This document shows, piece by piece, positions 14,944-23,985 of a stretch of 44,757 bases of DNA. This DNA is from a virus. The translations under genes and the position numbers were made by a program. The first letter of the stretch is position 1, and each line of letters begins with the position of its first letter. The notes below the pieces were generated by a model. That model was not told the DNA's origin. It searched no databases and saw only the letters and a program-made list of their open reading frames with translations. Location of the stretch: the IMG/VR virus record IMGVR_UViG_3300045988_163046. One strand, written 5' to 3'.

Positions 14944-15567
14944 TTATAAGTTGTTGTAGCCATTACATCCACATCCGTTGTTATAAGCGTAATATGGTGA
15001 ACATGTAATGTAAGCTGGTTTTGGTGTTGGTTGCAAAGTATTAATGATGTTTGCTGATTGTGCCTGTTGACTTAATTGGAAATTAGCCGTCAATAATTCA
15101 CGATCACGATCAGCTAAACGATCACGTAATTCTTGCATAGTGTTTGCATTGATCAACGCACGTGTTGCTTCACCTTCTGAATGAATTGCTGTTGTAATGT
15201 CACAAGTATTTTTGAAACTTTGAGCATTTACATTGTCAATTGCTCGTTGAGTGTTGCAGCAGCATTCTTGTTGCTGAGCTTGCAAGTTTTGAAGTCCTAA
15301 CTGATTAGTATAGCGACTTTCTAATACATCACGTTGAGTTTGACAACCTGTTTGAGATACATTTGTGTTTGTGTTAAAAATATCTCGTTTAATGAATTCT
15401 TCATTTAATAAAGAATCATTTGTTAGGTTTCCGTTGCCATATCCTCCATATCCAAATAATACGAAGATTAGCAAGATCCAAATCCACCAACCTCCTCCGT
15501 CTCCAAAGCCGTCATTTCTTTCGGCTAAGTTGTAAGTTGGTTGAATTCCCATTCCGTTTTCCATCAT
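14944..15567 (-). CDS. Membrane-anchored Cys-cluster protein with a Gly/Trp-rich YjcZ-like segment
   Basis: GFGDGGGWWIWILLIFVLFGYGGYGNG hydrophobic segment. Cys clusters QQQECCCNTQ and YNNGCGCNGYNNL at the C-terminus. Confidence 0.55.
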   Translation of the reverse strand: MMENGMGIQPTYNLAERNDGFGDGGGWWIWILLIFVLFGYGGYGNGNLTNDSLLNEEFIKRDIFNTNTNVSQTGCQTQRDVLESRYTNQLGLQNLQAQQQECCCNTQRAIDNVNAQSFKNTCDITTAIHSEGEATRALINANTMQELRDRLADRDRELLTANFQLSQQAQSANIINTLQPTPKPAYITCSPYYAYNNGCGCNGYNNL

Positions 15568-15608
15568 ATATGTTCTCCTTTCTTTCTATAATAACGGTTT
15601 ATCCGTTG

Positions 15609-15851
15609 TTACCTGATTCCAAACTGTTTTGCCATTTGTTGAAGTTGTTGCTTTTGTTGTGGATTTAAATTACCCATCATCTGATTTAAAATCATTTGTG
15701 GATTTTGGCCACTGTTCATAAGCATTTGAAATTGTTGAAATGCTTGTGGATTTTTCTGTGATAGCATATTCATTAACATTTGTTGGGGATTTCCCATATT
15801 CATCATATTCATTGGATTCATATTACCCATAATACTTTTTAAAGGATTCAT
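15609..15851 (-). CDS. Met/Asn/Gln/Pro low-complexity protein (NPQ repeats)
   Basis: MGNMNPMNMMNMGNPQQMLMNMLSQKNPQAFQQFQMLMNSGQNPQMILNQMMGNLNPQQKQQLQQ. ATGA-coupled to the upstream gene. Confidence 0.5.
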   Translation of the reverse strand: MNPLKSIMGNMNPMNMMNMGNPQQMLMNMLSQKNPQAFQQFQMLMNSGQNPQMILNQMMGNLNPQQKQQLQQMAKQFGIR

Positions 15852-16297
15852 TTTGTTTGTGCTCCTTTCTTTGGTTGCTCATTAGCTTGTTTTGGTGGTT
15901 TGCTTAATGCACATATCAAATCATCTAATTTCTTTTCGATTCCATTTACACGATTTTCAATACTGTTAGAAGTATCTTCCGTGATTTCTTCAAATTTAAA
16001 TTTTTTAAATGTTCCATCTAAAGATTTCATATAAAAAATAGATTTATTGTTATCAAATAAAATCGTTGGTAAATTTGCATTCGCAAAGTTTCTAGCTTCC
16101 TGCTCATCGTTCACCCATTTTCCATTAAAATCAAAATTACCTTGTTGTTGTGGTGTAATCTGATTATTAATGTTGATAGGTGGAATATTTGCATACTGTT
16201 GTACTTGCTGAATTTGTTGATCTATCATTTGTCTTTGCTGCATCAAACTGTCAATTCGTGCTTGTGCTGGATTATAATTGTTATACATTTCAACCAC
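15848..16297 (-). CDS. Gln-rich N-terminal protein, first gene of the cassette
   Basis: AAAGAGGTGG RBS. N-terminus SLMQQRQMIDQQIQQVQQ and a C-terminal coiled segment. Confidence 0.55.
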   Translation of the reverse strand: MVEMYNNYNPAQARIDSLMQQRQMIDQQIQQVQQYANIPPININNQITPQQQGNFDFNGKWVNDEQEARNFANANLPTILFDNNKSIFYMKSLDGTFKKFKFEEITEDTSNSIENRVNGIEKKLDDLICALSKPPKQANEQPKKGAQTK

Positions 16298-16379
16298 CTC
16301 TTTATTACGCTTTAATTATATGGTTACGCAACAAATAATTTAATACTCGAATAATACTCATAAAATACCCAAAATAAAA

Positions 16380-16403
16380 TGAGCAACCATTATAGATTGC
16401 TCA
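16380..16403 (-). terminator. Intrinsic terminator separating the tail-fibre operon from the cassette
   Basis: TGAGCAA-10 nt-TTGCTCA followed on the minus strand by TTTTATTTT. It overlaps the stop of 16390..16626. Confidence 0.6.
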
Positions 16404-16626
16404 CATATTTATCAAACATTTTTCTTGCTTTGCATACTCTGTTCCTTATGGTTTGTACTTCCATATGTAATGCATCTGCAATTTCGGTACATGACATGTC
16501 ATATACGTATCTCATAATCAAAACCTGTTCATATTTCTTTCTTAATCCAACAGACTTGATAAGTATTAATGCATCATTAGGACGTATCTCTTTTAATCTG
16601 TTAGCTTTGTTAATATAAACCACCAC
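16390..16626 (-). CDS. Stand-alone sigma-70 region-4-like HTH protein
   Basis: LRKKYEQVLIMRYVYDMSCTEIADALHMEVQTIRNRVCKARKMF fits the region 4.2 pattern. Only 78 aa. Confidence 0.5.
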   Translation of the reverse strand: MVVYINKANRLKEIRPNDALILIKSVGLRKKYEQVLIMRYVYDMSCTEIADALHMEVQTIRNRVCKARKMFDKYVSNL

Positions 16627-16631
16627 CTTAA

Positions 16632-16865
16632 TTAAATTCGTTGGTTTGAATTAGCTTCGCAAGAACAATTATTCACATGATCATCTTTCCAATAACCACG
16701 ACAAACAATGGTAGAATAAAGAACAATAATCACTAAAACCAATACTGTAATAATCGTTCTACTTGTTTTATAGTTTCGATCAATTAATTTTGAACAAAAA
16801 CCATAAATGTTATCTACTTTTTCTTCTACATTTTGAAGTTTCTTGTTTGTATCTTTAATATCCAT
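16632..16865 (-). CDS. XhlA-like coiled-coil protein with C-terminal TM helix
   Basis: N-terminal coiled coil, then TIITVLVLVIIVLYSTIV. Architecture as in PBSX XhlA-type lysis accessory proteins. Confidence 0.4.
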   Translation of the reverse strand: MDIKDTNKKLQNVEEKVDNIYGFCSKLIDRNYKTSRTIITVLVLVIIVLYSTIVCRGYWKDDHVNNCSCEANSNQRI

Positions 16866-17148
16866 TTTTATTACGTTCCTCCAACGCTTCTACACGATTA
16901 AACAAAGTTTTTATTTGTTGTTTTAGTTCTGAAAGCTCCACTTCCATTGAATTGCTTCCTTTTTTTATTTCTGAAATTGAATCCTTTATATCACCTAAAT
17001 CCGATTTAATATGTTCCAATTCATTCTTCAAAAATGCCATATTGGATATTTGCTCTCCATCCATCTTTCGTGTGCCACGATTATACGTAATAAATGCAAT
17101 TACAAGCATGCATGCAGAAATAATAACACTAAGATATTCTCCACTCAT
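16855..17148 (-). CDS. Membrane-anchored coiled-coil protein
   Basis: N-terminal TM VIISACMLVIAFITY, then a heptad-rich helix. Confidence 0.5.
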   Translation of the reverse strand: MSGEYLSVIISACMLVIAFITYNRGTRKMDGEQISNMAFLKNELEHIKSDLGDIKDSISEIKKGSNSMEVELSELKQQIKTLFNRVEALEERNKNGY

Positions 17149-17215
17149 ATTAATTTTCCTTTCAACCTTTCATTCTATTTAAATGCAATAATTTACTAAT
17201 TTCTTATTTAGTTAA

Positions 17216-19663
17216 TTAACCTAGCAGACCATATCCGCTACCGAATTTGTTAAAATCCCAATATGTTGCATGACTTAGTTTGTAGCTTTCACCAATTCCA
17301 ACATATCTAATGGCTTTTATTTCACTAGGTTCTGATTCAAATGTGTCTAAATCTGCATATTTGATAGGAATATTTTCAACACCTAACTCAACTGCAAAAA
17401 TTCTGATTTTTCCGTTGTCTAATCGAATTGCAAATTGACCCTCAGCATAGCCAAATGTCTGTAAATTATTACCAACTGAAACAAACTCACCTGATAATGA
17501 ATCGGATTTTAAAATATGGAGTGAATCATAACGTTTAGATTCATCTTTTATGATTGCGTAAAAATAATTGTTTTCATAATAAATATGCACATCTATGGTC
17601 TGAGGGTAATCTTTAAAATTAAATTTACTTGTTGGAGAAACAGTGTGCGTAATATAATCATATTCTCCATATCGAGTGCCTTGCAACCCACTGTCACTAT
17701 TCAGAATTACATACAATTTTCCGTCATGTTTGAACCAACAAGGTGCCCAAATCACTACAGGCTCAGAACCGTCTGCATTTGTAATGTCTATAGGCTCAAG
17801 TTCTTCATAATCTACAAAATTTATAGTTCTGCACATATATAATTTTGTAGAATCTGTATATCCATCTGAATATACAATATAATAGTACTTTCCTATTTGA
17901 GTTATAGCTGGGTCTCTTAAAGCGTTAGTTCTTCCTTTTGTCATGTTATAAGCATTTTTGTTTATCAAGTAAAATGTTTCCAAATCGTCACTGCCAAGTA
18001 ATGATAAGTGTTGTTCGTCATACCCAAAACTAACCATTAAGTATCTATACATTGTTTTGATTGGTTCAGAAATCAGATTTTGCGTTGCTTCAATTTGTTT
18101 TCTTAAAGCTTCTCCTGCATTAGAATAAATAACGCCATCGGCACCAACTCTCATATCCTGTAATTCTGCATCACCGGACGTTGACCCATTTGGTAAAGAC
18201 GTGAAATTATCAATTCTTTTACGTTCTACGTCTAATTTATCTTCTGCTGAACTGATTTTAGAATCAATTAAAGATATTTCAGTTTCTGAATTGGTAACTT
18301 TTAATGTAATACTGTCGATTTTAGAATCAATTTCTTTTTTATTATAGAAATTTTCAACATTTTCTTTTTTTGCTACAATTTTTACGTTTTCAAAATACAT
18401 CTTTCCGAAACTACAACTAACATATATTGCATTTTTTGGAACTGATACTTCGTCTTTGTTGAAAGTCCCCGATATATAGTTATAATCATTATCATAGAAA
18501 ACAATTTGTTTATATAGCCCATTATCGCCAATATTATAGCCTGTCACTGATAATTTCACTGCATTGCTTGGGATTCGCATAAACGGTGTACAATAATATG
18601 AAATATCATATTCATTACGACCTGTATTTGGATTTATCGCAAACGTATCAAGCAAATCTTCTTTTCTAAAATTAAACGAATAAAAATCTTGCATTTTTTC
18701 TGTGTTTAATTTTTCTACAGTTTCGACTAAATTTCGTATTTTATAATTTATAACTCGTGGTCTGTACTCATAATTGAAACCAAACGATAATCTTAAAAAT
18801 CTTGCTTCATCTGGTGAAATGGCACTTAACGTATCAATATCAGCACCCATATCTTTATATGTACCCCTAATATATTTTTTGTTGATATCATAAAATTCAT
18901 AGAATATATAACCTCTACCAACAAAATAATACATTTCCCTAGGGGTTACTACTATATAATCTGTATAGCAAAAATTAGGATCACCAACTAAAGGTTCTCT
19001 TCCGCTTCCATCTATATTTTTTCCTTTATAAATAGTTACGCCATTTAATAAATTCTCTTGTAATTCGCTAATAGCGCTACGTTCTAAATAATCACACTCT
19101 TCCTTTAGTGAATTAACTTGTGATTGCAAATTTTCACTTTGTGTATTTATCATATTTGATAACTCGTTATAGATTTGTGCAATTCTATCTTCTTCTTCGC
19201 TACTAGGAGTATAAGATTTAATATAAATTCCATCAGGTGTAGTAACAGATGCAATTTGTGTAGACCATTTTTGATTAATCACACTTGAATTATCTTCTGT
19301 AATTACAGCGCTCATCGCAAAATGCAAAACCCCTGAGTTTTTCAAAGCATCAAATGGTACTTTCCATGCAAATTCACAAATATCATTACTAATTGTTTTG
19401 TTAATCGCAATTGACTGACCCTTAACTCCCTTAGAATCAATCCAATTTATATAAACAATTGAATCTTGCATTTTTTGAATTTCAGATAACTTGTTTCTGA
19501 TTCTAAATTTAATCAGTTTAGAATTTCCATCATATTGCACTCCGAACAATCTAGATACATTATTAATATTAATAGTATGTGTATCTGTATCAATCGTAAG
19601 ATATTCATCATCATAATCATAAGCAACCGCATCAAAACTTAGTCTTGCTTTCAATCCATCCAT
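17216..19663 (-). CDS. Tail fibre / receptor-binding protein with C-terminal GH43-like five-bladed propeller
   Basis: 815 aa. Central coiled coils. The C-terminal motifs LRDPAI, VIWAPCWF, IDVHIY and AEGQFAI match the Asp/Asp/Glu arrangement of GH43-type glycosidases. Confidence 0.55.
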   Translation of the reverse strand: MDGLKARLSFDAVAYDYDDEYLTIDTDTHTININNVSRLFGVQYDGNSKLIKFRIRNKLSEIQKMQDSIVYINWIDSKGVKGQSIAINKTISNDICEFAWKVPFDALKNSGVLHFAMSAVITEDNSSVINQKWSTQIASVTTPDGIYIKSYTPSSEEEDRIAQIYNELSNMINTQSENLQSQVNSLKEECDYLERSAISELQENLLNGVTIYKGKNIDGSGREPLVGDPNFCYTDYIVVTPREMYYFVGRGYIFYEFYDINKKYIRGTYKDMGADIDTLSAISPDEARFLRLSFGFNYEYRPRVINYKIRNLVETVEKLNTEKMQDFYSFNFRKEDLLDTFAINPNTGRNEYDISYYCTPFMRIPSNAVKLSVTGYNIGDNGLYKQIVFYDNDYNYISGTFNKDEVSVPKNAIYVSCSFGKMYFENVKIVAKKENVENFYNKKEIDSKIDSITLKVTNSETEISLIDSKISSAEDKLDVERKRIDNFTSLPNGSTSGDAELQDMRVGADGVIYSNAGEALRKQIEATQNLISEPIKTMYRYLMVSFGYDEQHLSLLGSDDLETFYLINKNAYNMTKGRTNALRDPAITQIGKYYYIVYSDGYTDSTKLYMCRTINFVDYEELEPIDITNADGSEPVVIWAPCWFKHDGKLYVILNSDSGLQGTRYGEYDYITHTVSPTSKFNFKDYPQTIDVHIYYENNYFYAIIKDESKRYDSLHILKSDSLSGEFVSVGNNLQTFGYAEGQFAIRLDNGKIRIFAVELGVENIPIKYADLDTFESEPSEIKAIRYVGIGESYKLSHATYWDFNKFGSGYGLLG

Positions 19664-19665
19664 TT

Positions 19666-19959
19666 CTAGTCTCCTTTCACTTTAAGAATTCCTTTTAATG
19701 GTGTTTCTTTAATTCCATTCACATCAATACGAACCATCCAATTATAAACACCAACAGAAAGTTCATCTGTTTGGCAAATTACCTTCAAAGATTCATCAAT
19801 AGGAATTTTAATAAGTTCTTTGCCATCTTTATAGATAATGAACTCTAAAGAATCAGCCTTACCAGGAATAAATACTTGTCCATTCTTATACTTTATTAAA
19901 ATATCTGTATAAATTGTATCTCCTTGATTTATGAAAATATGATCTCTTTTAATTTCCAT
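19666..19959 (-). CDS. Small structural protein (Ig-like beta protein?)
   Basis: GGAGAGGA RBS before the ATG at 19959. 97 aa, beta-rich. Confidence 0.5.
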   Translation of the reverse strand: MEIKRDHIFINQGDTIYTDILIKYKNGQVFIPGKADSLEFIIYKDGKELIKIPIDESLKVICQTDELSVGVYNWMVRIDVNGIKETPLKGILKVKGD

Positions 19960-19961
19960 TT

Positions 19962-21008
19962 TTAATCCTCTCCATATCTTTTTGCACCCTTCCATTTCAA
20001 TCCTGTATCACAATAAAGTCTACATTTCTCAAATGTTTTTCCATCACTACTCAAAACAAGTGATTTTCCCTTTTTCCAATTATTTCCATCAAACACCCAT
20101 ACTTCTCTATAAGATGCAGATGCAATGATATAAAAGTAATAATAATTGCTTGTTCTTCCTAAAGTATCTGTTACATAAACAAGCATTCTACGCTCATTAC
20201 CATTCGGCACTTTAAATTCCTTTGTAAGATTATCTGAAGTTAAATCACTTCCCATACCATCATAATCCCAATGACTCTTTGTAACATGTGCATCATCTGT
20301 TGTATGTGCAACGCACACTGCTTTATCATACTTATCATCAATATGAGATATAGTTACATCTACACTCGTTACAGATATCTTTTTATAGTCTTCTAACGTT
20401 GTTGCTTCTAATACTGTCTGAAGCAAGTATGATCCAGAGCAATCCGCCATAAACGGCTCGATATGAAATTCATAACTTGTCGAGCCTTTCAATTCACTTA
20501 CAATATGTGTTCCGTTTAATCTATCCACAATAAATTCTTTTGTTGCCATTGAATAAATACGCAAAGTATACAAATTGTAAGGATTTGTTTTTAACCTTCC
20601 ATAAATAGAAATTGAAGTACTATTAATATCTGTTACCTCTGCTTCATATGTAGGCAATTCAATCTTAGGCGTAGTCAATCTTGCTATTCCTGATAAATTA
20701 GGCCATCCCTGACAACTTGCACCCCATTCAAAAGAACGTTGTCTATTGCAATACATAGGTTCATTAATTTGTCCTAGATAATACCATCCTGAATCCTGGA
20801 TATAATTTAAATCCCATCTTGAAATAGTTTTAGAAAGTCCTCCAAGCGTAACAACATTGGTTGCTTGGATTTTGAAGTTTCCGGTATATTTAAACCTTAC
20901 ATCCGCTTTAAATTTTAAATTCGGATATGAACCTTCATATCGCTCATTGTAAGATTCAAACGTAAGTATTAAATACTGATTATATGGTAATGTTGCTAAA
21001 ACAGTCAT
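19962..21008 (-). CDS. Baseplate/tail accessory protein with FN3-like segment
   Basis: Position between the BppU-like protein and the fibre. The segment PTYEAEVTDINSTSISIYG...LKGSTSYEFHIEP is FN3-like. Confidence 0.45.
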   Translation of the reverse strand: MTVLATLPYNQYLILTFESYNERYEGSYPNLKFKADVRFKYTGNFKIQATNVVTLGGLSKTISRWDLNYIQDSGWYYLGQINEPMYCNRQRSFEWGASCQGWPNLSGIARLTTPKIELPTYEAEVTDINSTSISIYGRLKTNPYNLYTLRIYSMATKEFIVDRLNGTHIVSELKGSTSYEFHIEPFMADCSGSYLLQTVLEATTLEDYKKISVTSVDVTISHIDDKYDKAVCVAHTTDDAHVTKSHWDYDGMGSDLTSDNLTKEFKVPNGNERRMLVYVTDTLGRTSNYYYFYIIASASYREVWVFDGNNWKKGKSLVLSSDGKTFEKCRLYCDTGLKWKGAKRYGED

Positions 21009-21011
21009 ACG

Positions 21012-21608
21012 CTATTCCTCATATTTGATATAGATATCTCCGGCTTTATCACCATCTTGTACAACAGGATCTGAAGTACCATATCTAACATTAACTGTTA
21101 ATTTCAGTTGATTTTTAAATTGAGCCACATAATTTTCTAATTCATTTTTATATGCATTTACTTTCGCAACCAATTCCATCATAGATTTGTATTCTTCAGT
21201 CGATTCTAACGATTCCTGGGCTGCAAGATTATCAACAACCTTAATCTTAAAATTAAAAGTTGTGACAAATGTTCCACTAGATTCTAATGTCACCTGGCAT
21301 TCACAAATCCCTAATTCTGCTAAGATATTTTGAAAAGCTTCTGTATCTGAAAATTCAATTTCGTATGCATTTGAGTTTTCAAACCTTGATACAGATGTAG
21401 AACCAATACTAACCATTAATCCACTCGGCTTTTTAGTCCATAAAATCGCATGCAAAGATTCATCAACATTTGAGCTATTACTAGTAATCACATCATCACT
21501 GACAAATATTCTTAATCCTCGTCCCGAATCAGCTCTTACCATTTCAACAATCAAGTTGTCGTTTGGCTTCGTTAAACTAACAGTTAAATCATTATATACA
21601 ATTGCCAT
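21012..21608 (-). CDS. Baseplate upper protein-like (BppU N-domain-like)
   Basis: The N-terminus MAIVYNDLTVSLTKP...VEMVRADSGRGLRIFV resembles BppU_N. It lies directly after Tal. GAGG RBS. Confidence 0.4.
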   Translation of the reverse strand: MAIVYNDLTVSLTKPNDNLIVEMVRADSGRGLRIFVSDDVITSNSSNVDESLHAILWTKKPSGLMVSIGSTSVSRFENSNAYEIEFSDTEAFQNILAELGICECQVTLESSGTFVTTFNFKIKVVDNLAAQESLESTEEYKSMMELVAKVNAYKNELENYVAQFKNQLKLTVNVRYGTSDPVVQDGDKAGDIYIKYEE

Positions 21609-21609
21609 G

Positions 21610-23199
21610 TTATACCTCACTTTCTAATACAAGATCTAAATCTTCAGGCCGTTCTGTGATCAAGTTATAGGTCAATTTGTTTAAATAAAACCTTTCTCGT
21701 TTTCCAAAATCAGTCTCTACAAAAATTGAATCATTTATTTTTAACGCCTGTGCATTCGGCACATTGTATGGAAATAATTCTTCAAATTTAACAGAAGTTT
21801 CTGTTTTTGGTTCTTGCAGTTCTTTCTCCAAAGATTTTTTAGCTTGTATTCTAAGATAGTTTCTTAGGTTCACTTCATTTGTAAATACACCCAATGTTGT
21901 TTTCTTTGCTTGTGAATCATCCGCAATCAATTTGATATTGGAATATTCTTTTACATCAATTCTGTGAATTTCATCTGTATCCCAATTACTAGCCTTGACA
22001 ATCTCGTGATTTGGTAAAATGCGTCCATTGTACGCTTTAGGTATGATTCCTGTAACTACATTTTCCATTGATTTTTTCTTAGTGTATTCAGACATTTCTT
22101 TATTACTTATAAAGAAACCATTGGGCTTCAAATTAAAAGCATAGTAATCTGGATTCCCAAAGTAGCAGTCATAATTGTTAAACATCGCAACATATCTGTT
22201 ATTTTCACATTCAGGCCATCGGTTCATCATAGAATTTTCTTCTGTACCAAACAAGCATTGAATCAGATTATATCGAACCCAATATGCCGTTTGTGTAGAA
22301 TCAAGATCTTCAATCATCCATTTACACGCATTTCCAACTTCGGCAGCACCTCTATCAGAAACAATAACTTTGTTTCCGTTGCCAATACTCGTTGAACTAG
22401 GGTAGATGCCATAATATATGTTTTCATACGGTGCAATTTCATAATTAGATCCACTATTAATGAACCACCATTTTTCAGAATTATCTGATGGACTTTCAGA
22501 TAGACTACCTAGCACAACCTTTCCTGAATCCAATTTAAGCCATCTACATGAACATAAAGATAAAATTCCATATATATCTCCATATCTATCTGAGCCTACT
22601 TTTTTCAACATAAAAGTCTGTGCAGACGTTCTGTTTCTTTGATACATCTGTAGTTGTATAGATGCATCTTCACTTGCGCTTGGAACATCTAAACAATATC
22701 CACTATTCTGAACATTTCGGAAATAAACGATTTTTTCATTCTCTGCATTAACGTTGGTATAGTTTGCATATTTTCCATGTCCATAAATTTTATAAGGATA
22801 ATTGGGCCGTGAATTTGTGATAATATCATTCGCACTGTTTATCGCATCTTGCCACGTACCACTCATAGTACGATCATCAAACACAAACACTTCTTTTTGA
22901 GAATCAAAGAACACATGTGTTGCATAGCATGTATATGTATCGCTTTGTTTGTTGTATTTTGGATACACAATTCTATATAACTGTGGTTCTTCAAAATTTA
23001 TATCCACTTTAAACACGGATTCATCACTGATTTCCATACCCATCAAATCACTTTTTGGAAATTCTATTTCTACGTACCAAATAGAATTTCTTTCAAACAC
23101 TGCTTTTGCACTAACACAATGTTTTAAAATCACATCTCCATTACGTTCTTTCATTTGTGCATATGTTGTTTTTTTTCTAGAAAAGAATAACTGAATCAT
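21610..23199 (-). CDS. Tail-associated lysin-position protein (Tal) with an inserted lectin-like (ricin-type beta-trefoil?) region
   Basis: N-terminus typical of siphophage Tal/gp27-like proteins. The central region carries repeated ..W motifs (CRWLKL, EKWWFI, CKWMIE). Confidence 0.6.
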   Translation of the reverse strand: MIQLFFSRKKTTYAQMKERNGDVILKHCVSAKAVFERNSIWYVEIEFPKSDLMGMEISDESVFKVDINFEEPQLYRIVYPKYNKQSDTYTCYATHVFFDSQKEVFVFDDRTMSGTWQDAINSANDIITNSRPNYPYKIYGHGKYANYTNVNAENEKIVYFRNVQNSGYCLDVPSASEDASIQLQMYQRNRTSAQTFMLKKVGSDRYGDIYGILSLCSCRWLKLDSGKVVLGSLSESPSDNSEKWWFINSGSNYEIAPYENIYYGIYPSSTSIGNGNKVIVSDRGAAEVGNACKWMIEDLDSTQTAYWVRYNLIQCLFGTEENSMMNRWPECENNRYVAMFNNYDCYFGNPDYYAFNLKPNGFFISNKEMSEYTKKKSMENVVTGIIPKAYNGRILPNHEIVKASNWDTDEIHRIDVKEYSNIKLIADDSQAKKTTLGVFTNEVNLRNYLRIQAKKSLEKELQEPKTETSVKFEELFPYNVPNAQALKINDSIFVETDFGKRERFYLNKLTYNLITERPEDLDLVLESEV

Positions 23200-23201
23200 C
23201 T

Positions 23202-23984
23202 TTATTTCTCCCTATAATTACGTATAATTTCTGCACGAATAGCACCAATATCTGTTGTGATCAATACATTATTTGAACCATAATTAAACTTAAGCCCATC
23301 AAACGACCCACTTGTTTTCAATGTGTCATATTTATACGTTCCATTTTTATAGAATGTTTTCATATAAGAATTCTCTGTATTGATTTCAACATACGAAATA
23401 TCCGATGTACCATTGAAAGGATTTGTGATCGTAAAATCATTTCCATTACAATTGATCGTAATGTTTTTCGCATTCATGGAAGTGTTATATAAACGATAGA
23501 TTGGATATGCTGTTTCATAATAATTCGCAAGTTCTACCTTTTTTCCACTTACAATATCGTATGGCCTAGAATACTTATTTACGTATCTGTAAGGTTCACA
23601 AATAAACGTGATTGTAAATTCGCTTCCTCGTCCAAAATCTCTAGAATCCATATCGAACGTTACATTTTTTACCTTCCAATAATGTTCTCTATCATCACTA
23701 GTTAACTCCAATATCCCTTTATTTCCATTAAAATATTGTTGGATTTTATAGATACGATCTAGATATTCTTTCTTGCTATTTAAAACAAAATTGCATTTGA
23801 TAGGAATTTTGCGATCTTGATATACACCTGTATGACGATACGATGTTGTACCGTCACCAAGTGTAGATGTTTCTACAATTTCCTCTGCCATAGGAATAAT
23901 AGGACGCTCACTTACCTTTAATAAATACATAATATTTTGTGTATAACGAAGTTTATTTTCAGGTGTAAATCTAAAATGATACAT
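23202..23984 (-). CDS. Distal tail protein (Dit)
   Basis: Size and position immediately after the tape measure. GGAGG RBS before the ATG at 23984. Confidence 0.7.
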   Translation of the reverse strand: MYHFRFTPENKLRYTQNIMYLLKVSERPIIPMAEEIVETSTLGDGTTSYRHTGVYQDRKIPIKCNFVLNSKKEYLDRIYKIQQYFNGNKGILELTSDDREHYWKVKNVTFDMDSRDFGRGSEFTITFICEPYRYVNKYSRPYDIVSGKKVELANYYETAYPIYRLYNTSMNAKNITINCNGNDFTITNPFNGTSDISYVEINTENSYMKTFYKNGTYKYDTLKTSGSFDGLKFNYGSNNVLITTDIGAIRAEIIRNYREK

Positions 23985-23985
23985 T

